64,000 bases of DNA, taken from the NCBI RefSeq assembly GCF_018350175.1, contig NC_058368.1:165666001-165730000 (forward strand), in the 5' to 3' direction. Shown piece after piece: positions 11,401-24,000 of this stretch. Source of the DNA: Felis catus. Its lineage: Eukaryota. The position numbers were made by a program, and so were the translations under genes. Under the pieces are notes generated by a model. The model was not told the origin of the DNA, searched no databases, and saw nothing but the letters and a program-made list of their open reading frames with translations. Positions within the stretch are counted from its first letter, which is position 1, and every line of letters starts with the position of its first letter.

Positions 11401-13059
11401 ATAGGATTTTACTAATAGTAATACTACAAATATTAAAAGATAGCAGCTTATCACTATAGCTTTCAATTACATTAATTTAGGAAATTATCTTAAATGGACT
11501 GAATTTTGGCCAAGTGTAACTTTTTTTTAAAATGGTGGTTGAATCCAGTTTAGTGTACATAGGAGATTTTATAGTACATTGTTTCAAATTTTCTTCAGTA
11601 AAAGAAATGTAACAAAGTGCAATGCTGAAATGACTATGGCAAAAGCATTTTAGGTGAATTAAGCTTTCTATGAGTATAAAGGGACAAAAAATGTTATTTA
11701 AAATCAAATAACATCTACCTATTTGAAGTCATAATGACTTCCCAGCATTGATCTATCACAACATGATAGCCCTTCACTGCAAAGGACTGATGAGTCTACA
11801 GTATGCACTAAACATTCAGAGAAAATCAACTGATTTTTATCTCTACTTTTATAAATTTTGACCTCAGAAAACCTGAGATAAAAGGCTACTGTACCTTGAG
11901 ACTTTTTTTTGCTGTTCATTTTTGAAATGTAATTAAGCTTCAGCCCTATTATTCCCTGACAATGGAAAAGCCATCGATTGTGCTGCTTTTGAAATCCTGT
12001 ATCACATTAGGCACTTTCTAATAATGATGCCCTTGGCTTAAGAAGAAGAGAAAATTGACTTGACCTAATTAAAAACTCTGAAGATCCTGTCTATTATTTT
12101 TTCATAAAACTTATTTGGGCCATATGCCAATTAAAGAATGAATACATAAAAAAATTTTCTGTCAAATGGAGATAAAATAAAATGATATATGGTAAAGTAA
12201 ATCAGATTGTAAGAAGTGAGATTTGTCAGACTATAAAATTTCTAAGCAGAATGCACATCAGTGGAGTTTCAAAATGGGAACACATTCATCTCTGTTAGCC
12301 TCAAGTGCCTTAGATCCAAGAAAAGAACAGGGCTTTGCCAAGAAAGGTGAGTTCGTAGTATAAAAGCAACTCTCTTCAAGCATAATTACTACAAACTTCA
12401 GTGAATAATGAAGAAGCTCTTATTATCTTGGTACCATCTTTCTATCTCCTTTCATTTTCTCTCACAATGAAATAGTACACATTATTTCCAAGTGAATCCA
12501 GAGCCAGGAAGCCACAGACAGCTTGGAAGGTTTTCAACTTGCAGTCTTCATTCTAAGTCAGAACTAGTTGAATTCACCCAATGAGCAAGTCAAAATAAGA
12601 AATGAAATTCAGTCTCCTGTTATACCTTCAAAAACCTAACTACAGTCACTATTGTTTAACACTTCAAAATCCATTTCATGAAATCTCCGACATCTATCTT
12701 TCTATCTTTTTATCTCTTACATATTTAGAATTGTCTATTTCTCCCCTGTGCTCTGTGGTTCCTCACCACAATGTTTAAAATGGTCAAATAGTTGCTGGTT
12801 TCCTGTTTTTTTAATAATATTTTATGACAATACATTTTTTTCTTTTACTATTAATTCCTGGCCATGCACATACATACCCATTGTCTCTGATATTTGTTTT
12901 GTCTTAGAATACTGCTTCATGTTTATTTAGATTTGACTTCATACATGTAATTATGTATTAAATACTTGATATTTTATCTAATTTCATGAAATCATGTTTT
13001 AATATAAACTTAAAAAAATACATATCATTGTACAATGTTTTATTAATGTGATTCAAAAT

Positions 13060-13330
13060 TTGAATTGGCTTCCAATTGACCAGATAAAAATTAAAATCTT
13101 GCCAGCCTTGCATAAAAGGTTTTCTACAATATGCCCCAAACTAACCTTCTAGCTGGTTTTCAATGGAAAATTCAGTTCTACTCTACACTACAACCAAAAC
13201 GAACTTTCCTCATACCTGAGAGCCCTACTCCGCATGTCTGCTTCAGTCTTTGTTTGTGGTATTCTGTTTTATCTGGTATTTAAGGCACTCTGCATCCAAA
13301 TAGTCAACCTTCAAAATCCATCATTAATAG
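13060..13330 (+). mobile_element. L2 fragment
   Basis: TGGCTTCCAATTGACCAGATAAAAATTAAAATCTT resembles L2 3' region. Confidence 0.45.
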
Positions 13331-13763
13331 TGCTTTCTAGTTTAATTTTTTAAATATGTTCCTAGTAGGATAAATTATGACTTTTTAATCTTCCAAAATG
13401 CACTAACAATTTGTTGGTGCCCCTTTTTGTGATTCAGCAGCAGCCTCCATACTTCTTATACATATTAGGCCTTTGTGTGTTAGCTGTCCACTGAATTTGT
13501 GTATATTAAATGATGTAGAGAGATTGTTTTATACAAGCCACCTATATGTTGCAGTACTGTACTGATCTGCACATCTGTGAAAGGAAACTTAGTTTCTGGA
13601 AAGGGAAATAGGACTGAATAACTAATCTACTAGACTCAAGAGGGCTAGATAAATGGAAAAGTCTTCTACAGCAAGGTTAACTAGTTTAGTAACAAATCAC
13701 CAGGTTGAGGTGGGTGAAGTAGGGAATGGAGAGGGGATTATTATTAACAGAAGGCAGGCTAGA

Positions 13764-13764
<1 letters not shown>

Positions 13765-13803
<39 letters not shown>
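13765..13803. repeat. (AAT)13 microsatellite
   Basis: Perfect trinucleotide run. Confidence 0.98.
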
Positions 13804-13806
<3 letters not shown>

Positions 13807-14226
13807 GCAAAGGATCTTCTTTTACTTAAGAAACAAAAGAAACTACCTCAACATAAATTGATGTTTCCCTCCCCTCCAGGGAAGATTATACAATTGAATA
13901 CCAACATGCCCATTCACACACAAAACTCTATACTCATGACACTGAAAAAGAACTGCAGAGATGATATTTTTAAGTTGCTGATGATCCTCAGGTTTTGGGG
14001 TCAGTGCACTAACAGATGAATAATAATAAACTATAAAAAGATCTTGAGACAATCCATAAATATAAGGGAATGAAGCAAATCAACTTCAAAACAAGCAGTT
14101 AACAATAATGCATTGATATAAACTAGATTGTTATTGTCATTATACCTAGAAAAGAATTATTGAATAGATAAATAATTTATTTAAATGTTGAACTGTGTGT
14201 GAACCTGTTTAAAATAATGAATAATA

Positions 14227-14436
14227 GGGGCGCCTGGGTGGCTCAGTCGGTTGAGCATCCGGCTTCGGCTCAGGTCATGATCTCACAGTCTGTGAGTTTG
14301 AGCCCCGCGTCGGGCTCTGTGCTGACGGCTCGGAGCCTGCGGCCTGCTTCAGATTCTTTGTCCCCCTCTCTCTCTGCCCCTCCCCCACTCATGCTCTCTC
14401 TCTGTCTCAGAAATAAACATTAAAAAAATTTTAAAA
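14227..14436 (+). mobile_element. Felid Can-SINE
   Basis: Full length; flanking direct repeat AATGAATAATA. Confidence 0.96.
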
Positions 14437-14869
14437 AATGAATAATAAATATAATACAAATAAAAGGAAGAGATACTACACGAAATAGGCAGCAAACTTA
14501 TGGAAATCTTTAACTGCAAAGGAATTATGTAACCTTGAAGATGCAATTGTTCACTCAAAGTTTGTAGTTACATTAGTACAAAAAAACCCCACAACCCCAT
14601 AATATGCTAAAAGAACACTGTGTATATCTTATTATCACATATATTTGCATTTAACAAATTCACTCATGCCTCGCTCTTCCACTAGTCTTTAAGTGTCTAG
14701 TGTCCAGTGTAATAGCTTCTCACTAAAAGTGTGGTAAATCAACGAATACAAAAATGAATCAAACACTCAAACATTGTATAGTATGCACCATATTCTTCAA
14801 GATAGCACAAAACCCAGGAGTAACAACCTTGAAACACATGTCAATTGAAATACTATTTTGGAAGAAACT

Positions 14870-15030
14870 TTTTTCTTTCTCTCTCTCTCTCTCTTTCTCT
14901 CTGTCCTTTTTTCAAGTAGGCTTCACACCCAGTGTGGAGCCCAATGCACAGCTTGAACTCATGACCCTGAGATCCAGACCTAAGCTGAAATCGAGTCATC
15001 TGCTTAACTGACTGAGTCACCAAGGCACCC
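14870..15030 (-). mobile_element. Short Can-SINE variant
   Basis: Antisense tRNA-like head (TTAACTGACTGAGTCACCAAGGCACCC) joined directly to a T/CT tail. Confidence 0.85.
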
Positions 15031-15259
15031 AGGGAAAAATTTTTTAATCAGAATGCTAGACTGCGTGAATAGTGGATCTACAATCACTATGGCATAGGCA
15101 CCCACCAATCTTAAATGATGCTAACTATAAACAACTCAACCACCAGAATGACTACTTGTGTGTACCAGCAGATTATCAGTTTGGCTGGATTCAGCAAGGA
15201 CATGTTTGTACTCTCATTGTGTGCCAAAATTCAAAATAAACTTTTCACAGAATTATTAG

Positions 15260-15360
15260 TTATATGGATTAGTATATTTGGAGCCTTGAGCTAATAATGC
15301 CAGAGCAAATGGTTAGATTCCGAGGCAGTTAAATTAGTTCTATTAAGCTCCACTATTCCA
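15260..15360 (+). mobile_element. Possible ancient tRNA-derived SINE (MamSINE1-like)
   Basis: GAGCTAATAATGCCAGAGCAAATGGTTAGATTCCG loosely resembles a tRNA-like head; heavily diverged. Confidence 0.3.
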
Positions 15361-15409
15361 GACTAAGTTTCTCTATTCATTTGTTTATACTCTAAAAATA
15401 CTCACTTTT

Positions 15410-15552
15410 AGGGTGCCTGGGTGACCCAATTAGTTAAGGGGTTAAGCAGAGGACTCTTGATATCAGCTCAGGTCATGACCTCACAGTCATGAGATGAGCC
15501 GTGCATTGGCTCCACACAGGGCGTGGAGCCTGTTTTACATTCTCTCTCTTCC
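15410..15552 (+). mobile_element. Can-SINE 5' half, split by L1
   Basis: Head GGGTGCCTGGGTGACCCAATTAGTTAAG; the body stops at 15552 and resumes at 20937. Confidence 0.9.
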
Positions 15553-16686
15553 AGCAGTTCCCCTGATTGGAGAGCATTTGGTAGAAGCCATATGACCTCC
15601 CAACAGGCAAGGGTCCCAGCAAACTCTGGAGAGCAGCCACATTTGCTGGTATTGGGACAAAGACACAAGAGTGCAGGGAAACCTGGTGTTGGATGTGTGT
15701 TATGGTTTTGCATAATCTGAACCTTTGCCACTGCACAATCATGTGAACATTTTCTGGGGCAAGCTGGCACCAGCCATTTCTCAACCAGACCCTCCCCCAG
15801 AGAGTTGGTGCGGGTCTAAACCACAGTGGTCTCTAAAGTGTGGAGTTTTGAAACGTAACCCCATCTAAGATAAAACCCTGAAGGGAGGTGCCAACTGGCA
15901 GGTGAACAACTTAGACATGGACAGGATGGAGGTGGGGAATGGATGGAGGCCTGAGATAAAGGAGAGGTGCTTGATCGCAGGTCGGTGAGAATGCAAATTT
16001 CCTATGCCAGGGACTAGGGAGGTGGGTGAAAGCCATTTCCACCTCTCTTGCACAAGCATATGCACACACTGATCCACCCAGTGAGTTAATCACCTCCACC
16101 CAATGGAAAATGGAGCCAGTACACCAAGCCGTGCCCAATTGCACCCTCCAAGCACATCCCCTAGAAGACCAACACAAGTCACTCCACCTGCTTAGTGTAT
16201 GGATTATAGAGGAATTCGTAGTTTGAGTTCTAGGGGAAACTGGATGTAACTTCATTTGGGTTTCATTCTGTATGCTGGTGCATTTATTAGTTTGTTGTTG
16301 TTGTTGTTGCTGTTGTTGTGCTTCTGTTTTTTTTTCAATTGTTTTTGTTGCTTTTTATTTCCTTTTGATTCTTTTTAAAGAATACAGAAAGAGAAAAATA
16401 CATTTTCACTTATTTTTCTAATTTTTAAAATTTTTAAATTATTTTTTACTTTATTTTTTATTTTCAAAATCATTTATTCCATTTCATTTTCTTTATTTTA
16501 TTTTATTCTATAGATTTTTTAATTTTTAATTTTTTCTTACCTTTTTTCCTTGTCTTTCTTTTCTTTCCCTTTTTTCTCTGTTCTTTCAAGCTTCTTTCAA
16601 GAAGCAGACAAAACACACATTTTTTGTTTTGTTTTTAATTATTTAATTTTAATTTTTAATTTTATTAATTTTTTTCTTTCCCCAAA

Positions 16687-17570
16687 ATGACAAAATGAAA
16701 GAATTCACCCCAAAAGAAGTAATAGGAAGAAATGACAGCCAGGGAATTAATCAATAACCAGTGAGATATAAGCAAGATGTTTGAACTAGAATTTAGAACC
16801 ACGATAATAAAAATATTAGTTGGGGTTGAAAAAAGCATAGAAGTCCTTTCTGCAGAGATAAAAGAAATAAAATATAGTCAGGACAAAATATAAAATGCTA
16901 TATGGAGATGCAATCTCAAATGGATGCCACGATGGCAAGGATGGACAAAGCAGAGCAGCAAATCAGTGATATAGAAGACAAAATTATGCAGAATAATCAG
17001 CAGGAAATAAAAAGAGGGAAATAAAAGCAAAAGTGCATGATATAAGACTTAGAGAACTCAGTGACCTATTAAAAAGGAATATCTGAATCATAGGAGTCAC
17101 AGAAGATGAAGAGAGAGAAAAAGGGGCAGAAGTTTTCTGTGTGCAAATTATAGTGGAAAATGTTCTTAATCTGGGAAAGGATACAGACATCAAAATCCAA
17201 GAAGCACAGAGAACTCCCATTAGATTCAACAAAAACCAACCATCAACAAGGCATATCATAATCAAATTCACAAAATACACAGAGAAGGAAAGAATTATGA
17301 AATCAGCAAGGGGCGGGGGATGTCCTTAACCTATAAGGGAAGACAGATCAGGTTCACAGCAGTCTTATTTATAGAAAGTTGGCAGGCCAGAAAGGAGAGG
17401 CAGGATATATTCAATGGGATGAATTGGAAAAATATGCAGACAAGAATTCTTTATCCAGTAAGGCTGTCATTCAAAATATAAGTAGAGATAGTTTCCCATA
17501 CAAATAAAAACTAAAGGTGTTCATGACCACTAAACCACTGCTGCAAGAAATTTTAAGGGGGACCCTCTGA
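16687..17570 (+). pseudogene. L1 ORF1p, disrupted
   Basis: ATG at 16687 with TGA at codon 4; 17141-17329 encodes IQEAQRTP...RHIIIKF. Confidence 0.9.
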
Positions 17571-17666
17571 GTGGAGAAAAGATGAAACAAAACAAAAAAG
17601 ACCAAAAGCAACAGACTAGAAATGACCAGAGAATATAACCAGAAACACCACTCTACAGGCAACACA

Positions 17667-20575
17667 ATGGCACCAAATTCATAACTTTCAGTACTCACTC
17701 TAAAGGTCAACGAACTGAATGCTCCAGTCAAAAGACATAGGGTATCAGAATGCATAACAAGAGCCATCTATATGCTGCTTACAAGAGACCCATTTTAGAC
17801 TTAAAGACATCTGCACACTGAAAGTAACGGGATGGAGGACCATCTACCATGCTAATGGTTGTCAAAAGAAAGCTGAAGTAGCCATTTGGAAAAACCATGA
17901 ATACTTTGAGATTTAAGAACATCCTACTAGAGAATGGGTTAACCAAGAAATTAAAAAGGAAATTAAAAAACACATGGGAGCCAATTAAAATGAAAACACA
18001 ACAGACCCAAACCTCTGGGATGCAGCAAAGGCAGTTATAAAAGGAAAGTATATAGCAATCTAGGCATTCCTAAAAAGGGAAGGAAATTCTCATATATGCA
18101 ACCTAACCTAATACCTAAAAGAGCTGGAAAAAGAACAGCAAATAAAGCCCCAAACCAGCAGAATAAGGGAAATAATAAAGATTAGAGCAGAAATCAATGG
18201 TATCGAAATAAAAACAGTAGAACAGATCAATGAAACCAGGAGCTGGTTCTTTGAAAGAATTAAGAAAATTGATAAGCCCTTAGCCAGATTGATCAAAAAG
18301 AACAAGGAAAAGACCCAAATAAATAAAATCACGAATAAAAGGGGAGAGATTACTACCAACACAGCATAATACAAACAATAATAAGATTATATTATGAGCA
18401 ATTATATGCTAATCAAATAGACAATCTGGAAGAAATGGACAAATTCCTAGAAACATATACAGTACCAAAACTGAAACAGGAAAAAATAGAAAATTTGAAC
18501 ATACCCATAACCAGTGAAGAAATTGAATCAGTAATCAAAAATCTCCCAACAAACAAGAGTCCAGGGCCAGTGGCTTTCCAGGGAATTTTGGAGCATTTAT
18601 TAAAAATTTTTTTTCAACGTTTTTTTTTTTTAATTTATTTTTGGGACAGAGAGAGACAGAGCATGAACGGAGGAGGGGCAGAGAGAGAGGGAGACACAGA
18701 ATCGGAAACAGGCTCCAGGCTCTGAGGCATCAGCCCAGAGCCTGACGTGGGGCTCGAACTCACGGACCGTGAGATCGTGACCTGGCTGAAGTCGGACGCT
18801 TAACCGACTGCGCCACCCAGGCGCCCCAAATTTTGGAGCATTTAAAGAAGAGTTAACACCTATTCTTCTGAAAATGTTCCAAAAGTTAGAAATGGAACGA
18901 AAATTCCAAACCAATTCTATGAGGCCAGCATCACCTTGATTCCAAAACCAGAAAAAGACCCCACTAAAAAGAAGAGCTACAGACCAATTTCCCAATTACA
19001 GACAGTCTCAGGGAATTCTCAAAAGAATTGAATTCATGGATCAATTCTAACAGGTTTTGTGGTGGCGTCTTTTGGGTTTTCCACATAGAGTATCATGTCA
19101 TCTGCAAATGCATCGGCATAAATTCTCAACAAGATACTAGCCAACTAGATCCAACAATTCCTTAAAAAAATTATTTACCACGACCAAGTGGGATTATATA
19201 CCTGGAGGCAGGGTTGGTTCAATATCTGCAAACCAACCAATGTGATACATCACATTAATAAAGAAAGGAAAAGAACAACACAATCCTCTCAATACATGCA
19301 TGGAAAGCATTTGACAAAATACAGTAACTTTCTTGATAAAAACCCTCAACAAAGTAGGTATAGAAGGATCATACCTCAAGATCATAAAAGCCATATATGA
19401 AAGACCCAGGTAACATCATCCTCAATGGGGAAAAACTGAGAGTTTTTGCCCTAAGGTCAGGAACATGACAAGGATGTCCACTTTCACCACTGTTATTCAA
19501 CAGTGTTGGAAGTTCCAGCCCCAGCAATCAGACAACACAAAGAAATAAAAGGCATCCAAATAGGCAAGGAAAGTGTCAAACTTTCACTCTTCACAGATGA
19601 CATGATACTCTATGTGGAAAACCCAAAAGACGCCACCAAAAAACCTGTAAGAATTGATCCATGAATTCAGCAAAGTCTCAGGATATAAAACCAGTGTACA
19701 GAAATCGGTTGCATTCCTATACATCAATAATGAAGCAGTAGAAAGAGAAATTAAGGAATCAATCCCATTTATAATTGTACCAAAAACCCATAAAATACCA
19801 GGAATAAACCAAAGAGGTGAAAAATCTATACACTGAAAACTATAGAAAGCTTATGAAAGAAACTGAAGAAGACACAAAAAAATGTAAAAACATGTCATGC
19901 TCCTGGATTGGAAGAACAAATGTTGTTAAAATGTTGATACTACCCAAAGCAATCTACATATTCATTGCAATCCCTATCAAAATAACACCAGCATTCTTCA
20001 CAGAACTAGAACAAACAATCCTAAAATTTGTATGGAACCCCAAAGAACCAAGACAATCCTGAAAAAGAACACCAAAGCTGGAGGCATCACAATTCTGGAC
20101 TTCAAGCTGTAACCATCAAGACAGTATGGTACTGGCATGAAAACAGACATATAGATGTGACAAATTGATCACAAAGATCAATGGAACAGAATAGAGAACC
20201 TAGAAATGGATCCATGAACCTATAGCCAACTAATCTTTGACAACCTGAAAAGAATATCCAATGGAAAAAGACCATCCCTTCAGCAAATGGTGTTGGGAAA
20301 ACTGGACAGCAACATGCAGAAGAACTTTCTTACACCATACACAAAAATAAACTCAAAATGGATGAAAGACGTAAACCTAAGATCAGAAGTCATCAAAATC
20401 CTAGAGAAGGAAACAGGCAACAACCTCTTCAACCTCAGATGCAGCAACTTCTTACTAAATTGTCTCGAGAGGCAAGGGATATACAAGCAAAAATGAACTA
20501 TTGGGGCCTCATTAAGATAAAAAGCTTCTGCACCACAAAGGAAACAATCAGCAAAATTAAAACACAACTGATAGA
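17667..20575 (+). pseudogene. L1 ORF2p (endonuclease/RT), disrupted
   Basis: Fragmented frames; endonuclease domain deleted near 17885, SINE at 18600, inverted insert at 19029, C-terminus missing after about 20575. Confidence 0.92.
18600..18828 (-). mobile_element. Young felid Can-SINE nested in L1 ORF2
   Basis: Perfect 16-bp TSD AATTTTGGAGCATTTA at 18584-18599 and 18829-18844. Confidence 0.98.
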
Positions 20576-20749
20576 TTAGAAGTTTGCAGGAGGAGTGTTG
20601 GGTGGGGGGGATGGACTAAATGGGCAGAGGGCATTAAGGAGGGCATTTCTTGGGATGAGTACTGGTTTTTATATGTAAGTGATGAATCACTAAATTCTAT
20701 TCCTGAAATCATTATTACACTATATGTTAACCAACTTGGATTAAAATTT

Positions 20750-20789
<40 letters not shown>

Positions 20790-20885
20790 AATGTATCTGG
20801 AAAAAATTCAGTTATAGTATTACAAGCTGGGCAAACAAGGATGGGTTGAGAGACTTGAGGCAATAAACTGATAAGGACATATTTA

Positions 20886-20888
<3 letters not shown>

Positions 20889-20923
<35 letters not shown>
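20889..20923. repeat. (AC)n microsatellite at the end of the L1 insertion
   Basis: AC run inside an A-rich stretch just before the right TSD. Confidence 0.95.
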
Positions 20924-20925
<2 letters not shown>

Positions 20926-20936
20926 GAAAAACAAAG

Positions 20937-21030
20937 ATTCTCTCTCTTCCTTTCCCTCTGCCCTCCCCCGCTTTTCACACGGGCATGTGCTCTGCCTGTC
21001 TCTCTCTAAAAAAATAAAATAAAATAAAAA
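20937..21030 (+). mobile_element. Can-SINE 3' half (continuation of 15410-15552)
   Basis: CCCTCTGCCCTCCCCCG...TCTCTCTAAAAAAATAAAAT; outer TSD TAAAAATACTCACTTT / TAAAAATGCTCACATT. Confidence 0.9.
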
Positions 21031-24000
21031 TGCTCACATTTGACCACAGGGGTCAGTAAGCAGAAGTTAATGAATGAATTACCTTACATCAATTAAAAAT
21101 CTGAATAAAAGAATGAACCTAATTCAAATTCATTATTCTCATGATTACTGATAAAGTGAGAGAATGTTTGTGTTGCTTTAGTGCATTATGATTAAAAATA
21201 CATTAGTCACTCTGACCTTTCACAAAATAAAAATATGAAAACTGTATTTTGTTAAAACTGTATTTGTGTATATTACACAAATGAACAATATATGAAGGTG
21301 TTGGCAACATTAAGTAGGTGTTTCGTGCTTTGAGTAAAACTGATAGAAAGCACTCTTACAGATTATACAATTTATATTAAATAAACCAAAAAGTAGAAAA
21401 CCAATACAAACACCTCAACTTTTATTTGTCTTTAAATATTGAGACCTATAGAAATGCATACACATAGCAAATTGCTATATTATAATTAAAGGCAATAAGC
21501 ATTATATTTTGTTCAGATTATCAAAAATTATTAATGTGCTTTGCATGGTATGCTAAAGGACAAAAAAATTACATAAAAGCTAAAAGGAGAATTCAGTTAT
21601 TAACCTTACAATTTGAGATGAATAGTATACAAAAAATGTATATGTGGTGTTTCTGTTTTTAGATTATTCTGCCCTATAAGACTTGGTATATCATATTAAG
21701 TATGACAGCAAAACTATGTTATGTTCTCCACCTGTGAAAATCAACTGTATATTTTGTTGTGTTTTTTTGTTTTTCATTTTCTAACATAGAAGTTTATGTG
21801 TAAATAAAGTATAATTTCTTGCAGAATCTCTCCATATTTCCATTCATAGTGCAGGCTTCCCAACTGAGGCACAGTGTAGTAAGTCACTGATATGAATCAT
21901 TACTAAAATAATTAAGTCCTAACTGAGGGAGTTAAAAACTTTAAAAATGACTTCAGGAGACAATAAGTTAGTCAGAATCTGAAACATATTAAATAGATTC
22001 AATCCTACAATTTTGCTTAACATGCACATTCAGAAACCAGAATCAGAGGAGAAATTTCATACATGCAGATGAGCACTTGTGAACAACTCACAAAATAAAT
22101 GCTATTTAGTCTGAAAAGCCTTGTGATTTGGGAACCAATCTACTAGATAGATGCCAAATTAGCTGATAATTGCCCTAGGCTGAAACTAGCCATACTGTCT
22201 GGTACTGATAAGTACTTGAAAAATAACATTTTCATAATTGCATGAATCTCTATTAAATGAAATAAACCTGTAAAAATCATAGAAACACCAAAAACCAAAC
22301 ATATTGCTAATGCAAATTACTCCTTTGTTAGAGAATAATATCTTTTTTTAACATTGCTTAAAGCAATTCAATTGAAAAGCTAAATCCACAATTATACTGC
22401 ATGTTATGCTTGGATAATGTCTCCATTCACATAGCCCATGCTTTGTCCACACATGGATGCTAAATTGTGGCAATGTGTGTGGGTAAAGGAGTTTATAAGA
22501 TAAATTATTGTTAATCCTTGGCATCCAGAAAAATAATTGGTTTTGCTAAGCATCAGACAAAAATCATTTGTAGTGTCTTCTGTCCACCGTACTACTGAAG
22601 ATTAGGTCTTCCTCAGAATACCTATAAAGGCCAATTTCCTATAGCCTTTCTATCATATATTTTGTTCTTATTACAATGAAAATGCATATAGACATAATTC
22701 TATTGCCTTCAGTTCCTGGGAAATTTCTCAGAAATATAAACTTGTCACTTTAGGCAATTATTAGTCACCTACAGAAAATATTATGGATATATATTTGAAA
22801 ATTAGAGAAGCAAAAATGAATCATAAGCTTTTATAGTTTACAAAAGTGTTCACAATTTCTACTACCATATTGCCTTATTTTTCTCATGCAACTTCTATGT
22901 CCACTGCCAGTACCTCACTTCTAGTATAACTTTCTTTTGAGTCAAATAATTGATTTTAAATTAAAAGAATACATGCAAGCAAATTTATTTAAAAATAAGA
23001 CCATGTAGCTATCAGCATATAGATTAACTTATTTACAGAAGGTACCATTTTTTAAATATCCATGAATATATAAATATCTATGATCATATAATTGGTTTGT
23101 AGGGAAACTAAGCAAATTTCCTTGTCAGGGTGGAGTCAGAGATACTTACACAGCATATTTCATTAACATAAGAAGTCAAGTTAGTTTGAAACTTTAACTT
23201 TGATAACTAAAATAATATTAAGCTATATTATCCCCATGGCTATACAAAATAAGTACATTATATGATGTAACAAAGATGGAATTATAGACAATCTAACATC
23301 AAATTTGAGGTTTAAGTACAGTTATTATCAGAAACAAAGAAAAGAATGGTGTCCCCTGGTGAGGTTCTTTGAACCTAAAACAAAACAAAACAAAACAAAA
23401 AAAACTCCACAATTTTTAATGATTACAAATCTGTAAGATTGATAGCATTAGAAAACACTTCTTGTTCTCAATTTCACCACTGTTACTTTTCTACAAGGAA
23501 ATTCGGTTATCCCACATTTAATAACTCAATATATGGCATTGACTCACCTCAGTAAATCATAAAAACGAAAAGCATCAATAACAGAATTATATTCCCGTAT
23601 TCAGTCCTACTTCAGTTTCCAAGTTGTCCAGAAGTTAGCCTCTGATTGCCTTCCAGTGCTATTATCTGCTGCTATCTATGAAAAAGGTATTGATAGAAAA
23701 GATCTGGTATGAGGAAGATGAGGCAGAACCTTACTTTATCAATTCTTTGTAAAGGTAAGAGATAAGAGACTAAGGAATTTTGTTATCACTTTAATAACTA
23801 ATAAGATTTTTTATTCCAGTGATTCTTTCACAGTGGTAATTCTATGGTAGGTATGAAAAAAGGAAGGGACAAATATAGAATCACCTGTCAAGCTTTTAAT
23901 TTATTCATGCCTACATGTCTGCCAGATTGTTAAATCCAGATCTTCTGAGTACAAGAGACTATGTACTCCTATCTTGAGTGACTATACATGAAGTCTAATT

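Larger units (their letters stand above)
15553..20791 (+). mobile_element. Carnivore LINE-1: 5' UTR part, ORF1, deleted ORF2, 3' UTR, (TAAA)n tail; inactive
   Basis: ORF1 and ORF2 peptides in the ORF track ([47 protein letters not shown]); 14-bp TSD at 15539-15552 and 20937-20950. Confidence 0.97.

Noticed and set aside
13726..14019. ORF with a poly-Asn tract
   Set aside because: The tract is the (AAT)13 microsatellite; no other coding signal.
15410..15500. tRNA-like A/B boxes here and at every SINE head
   Set aside because: These are tRNA-derived SINE heads, not tRNA genes; each continues into SINE body sequence.
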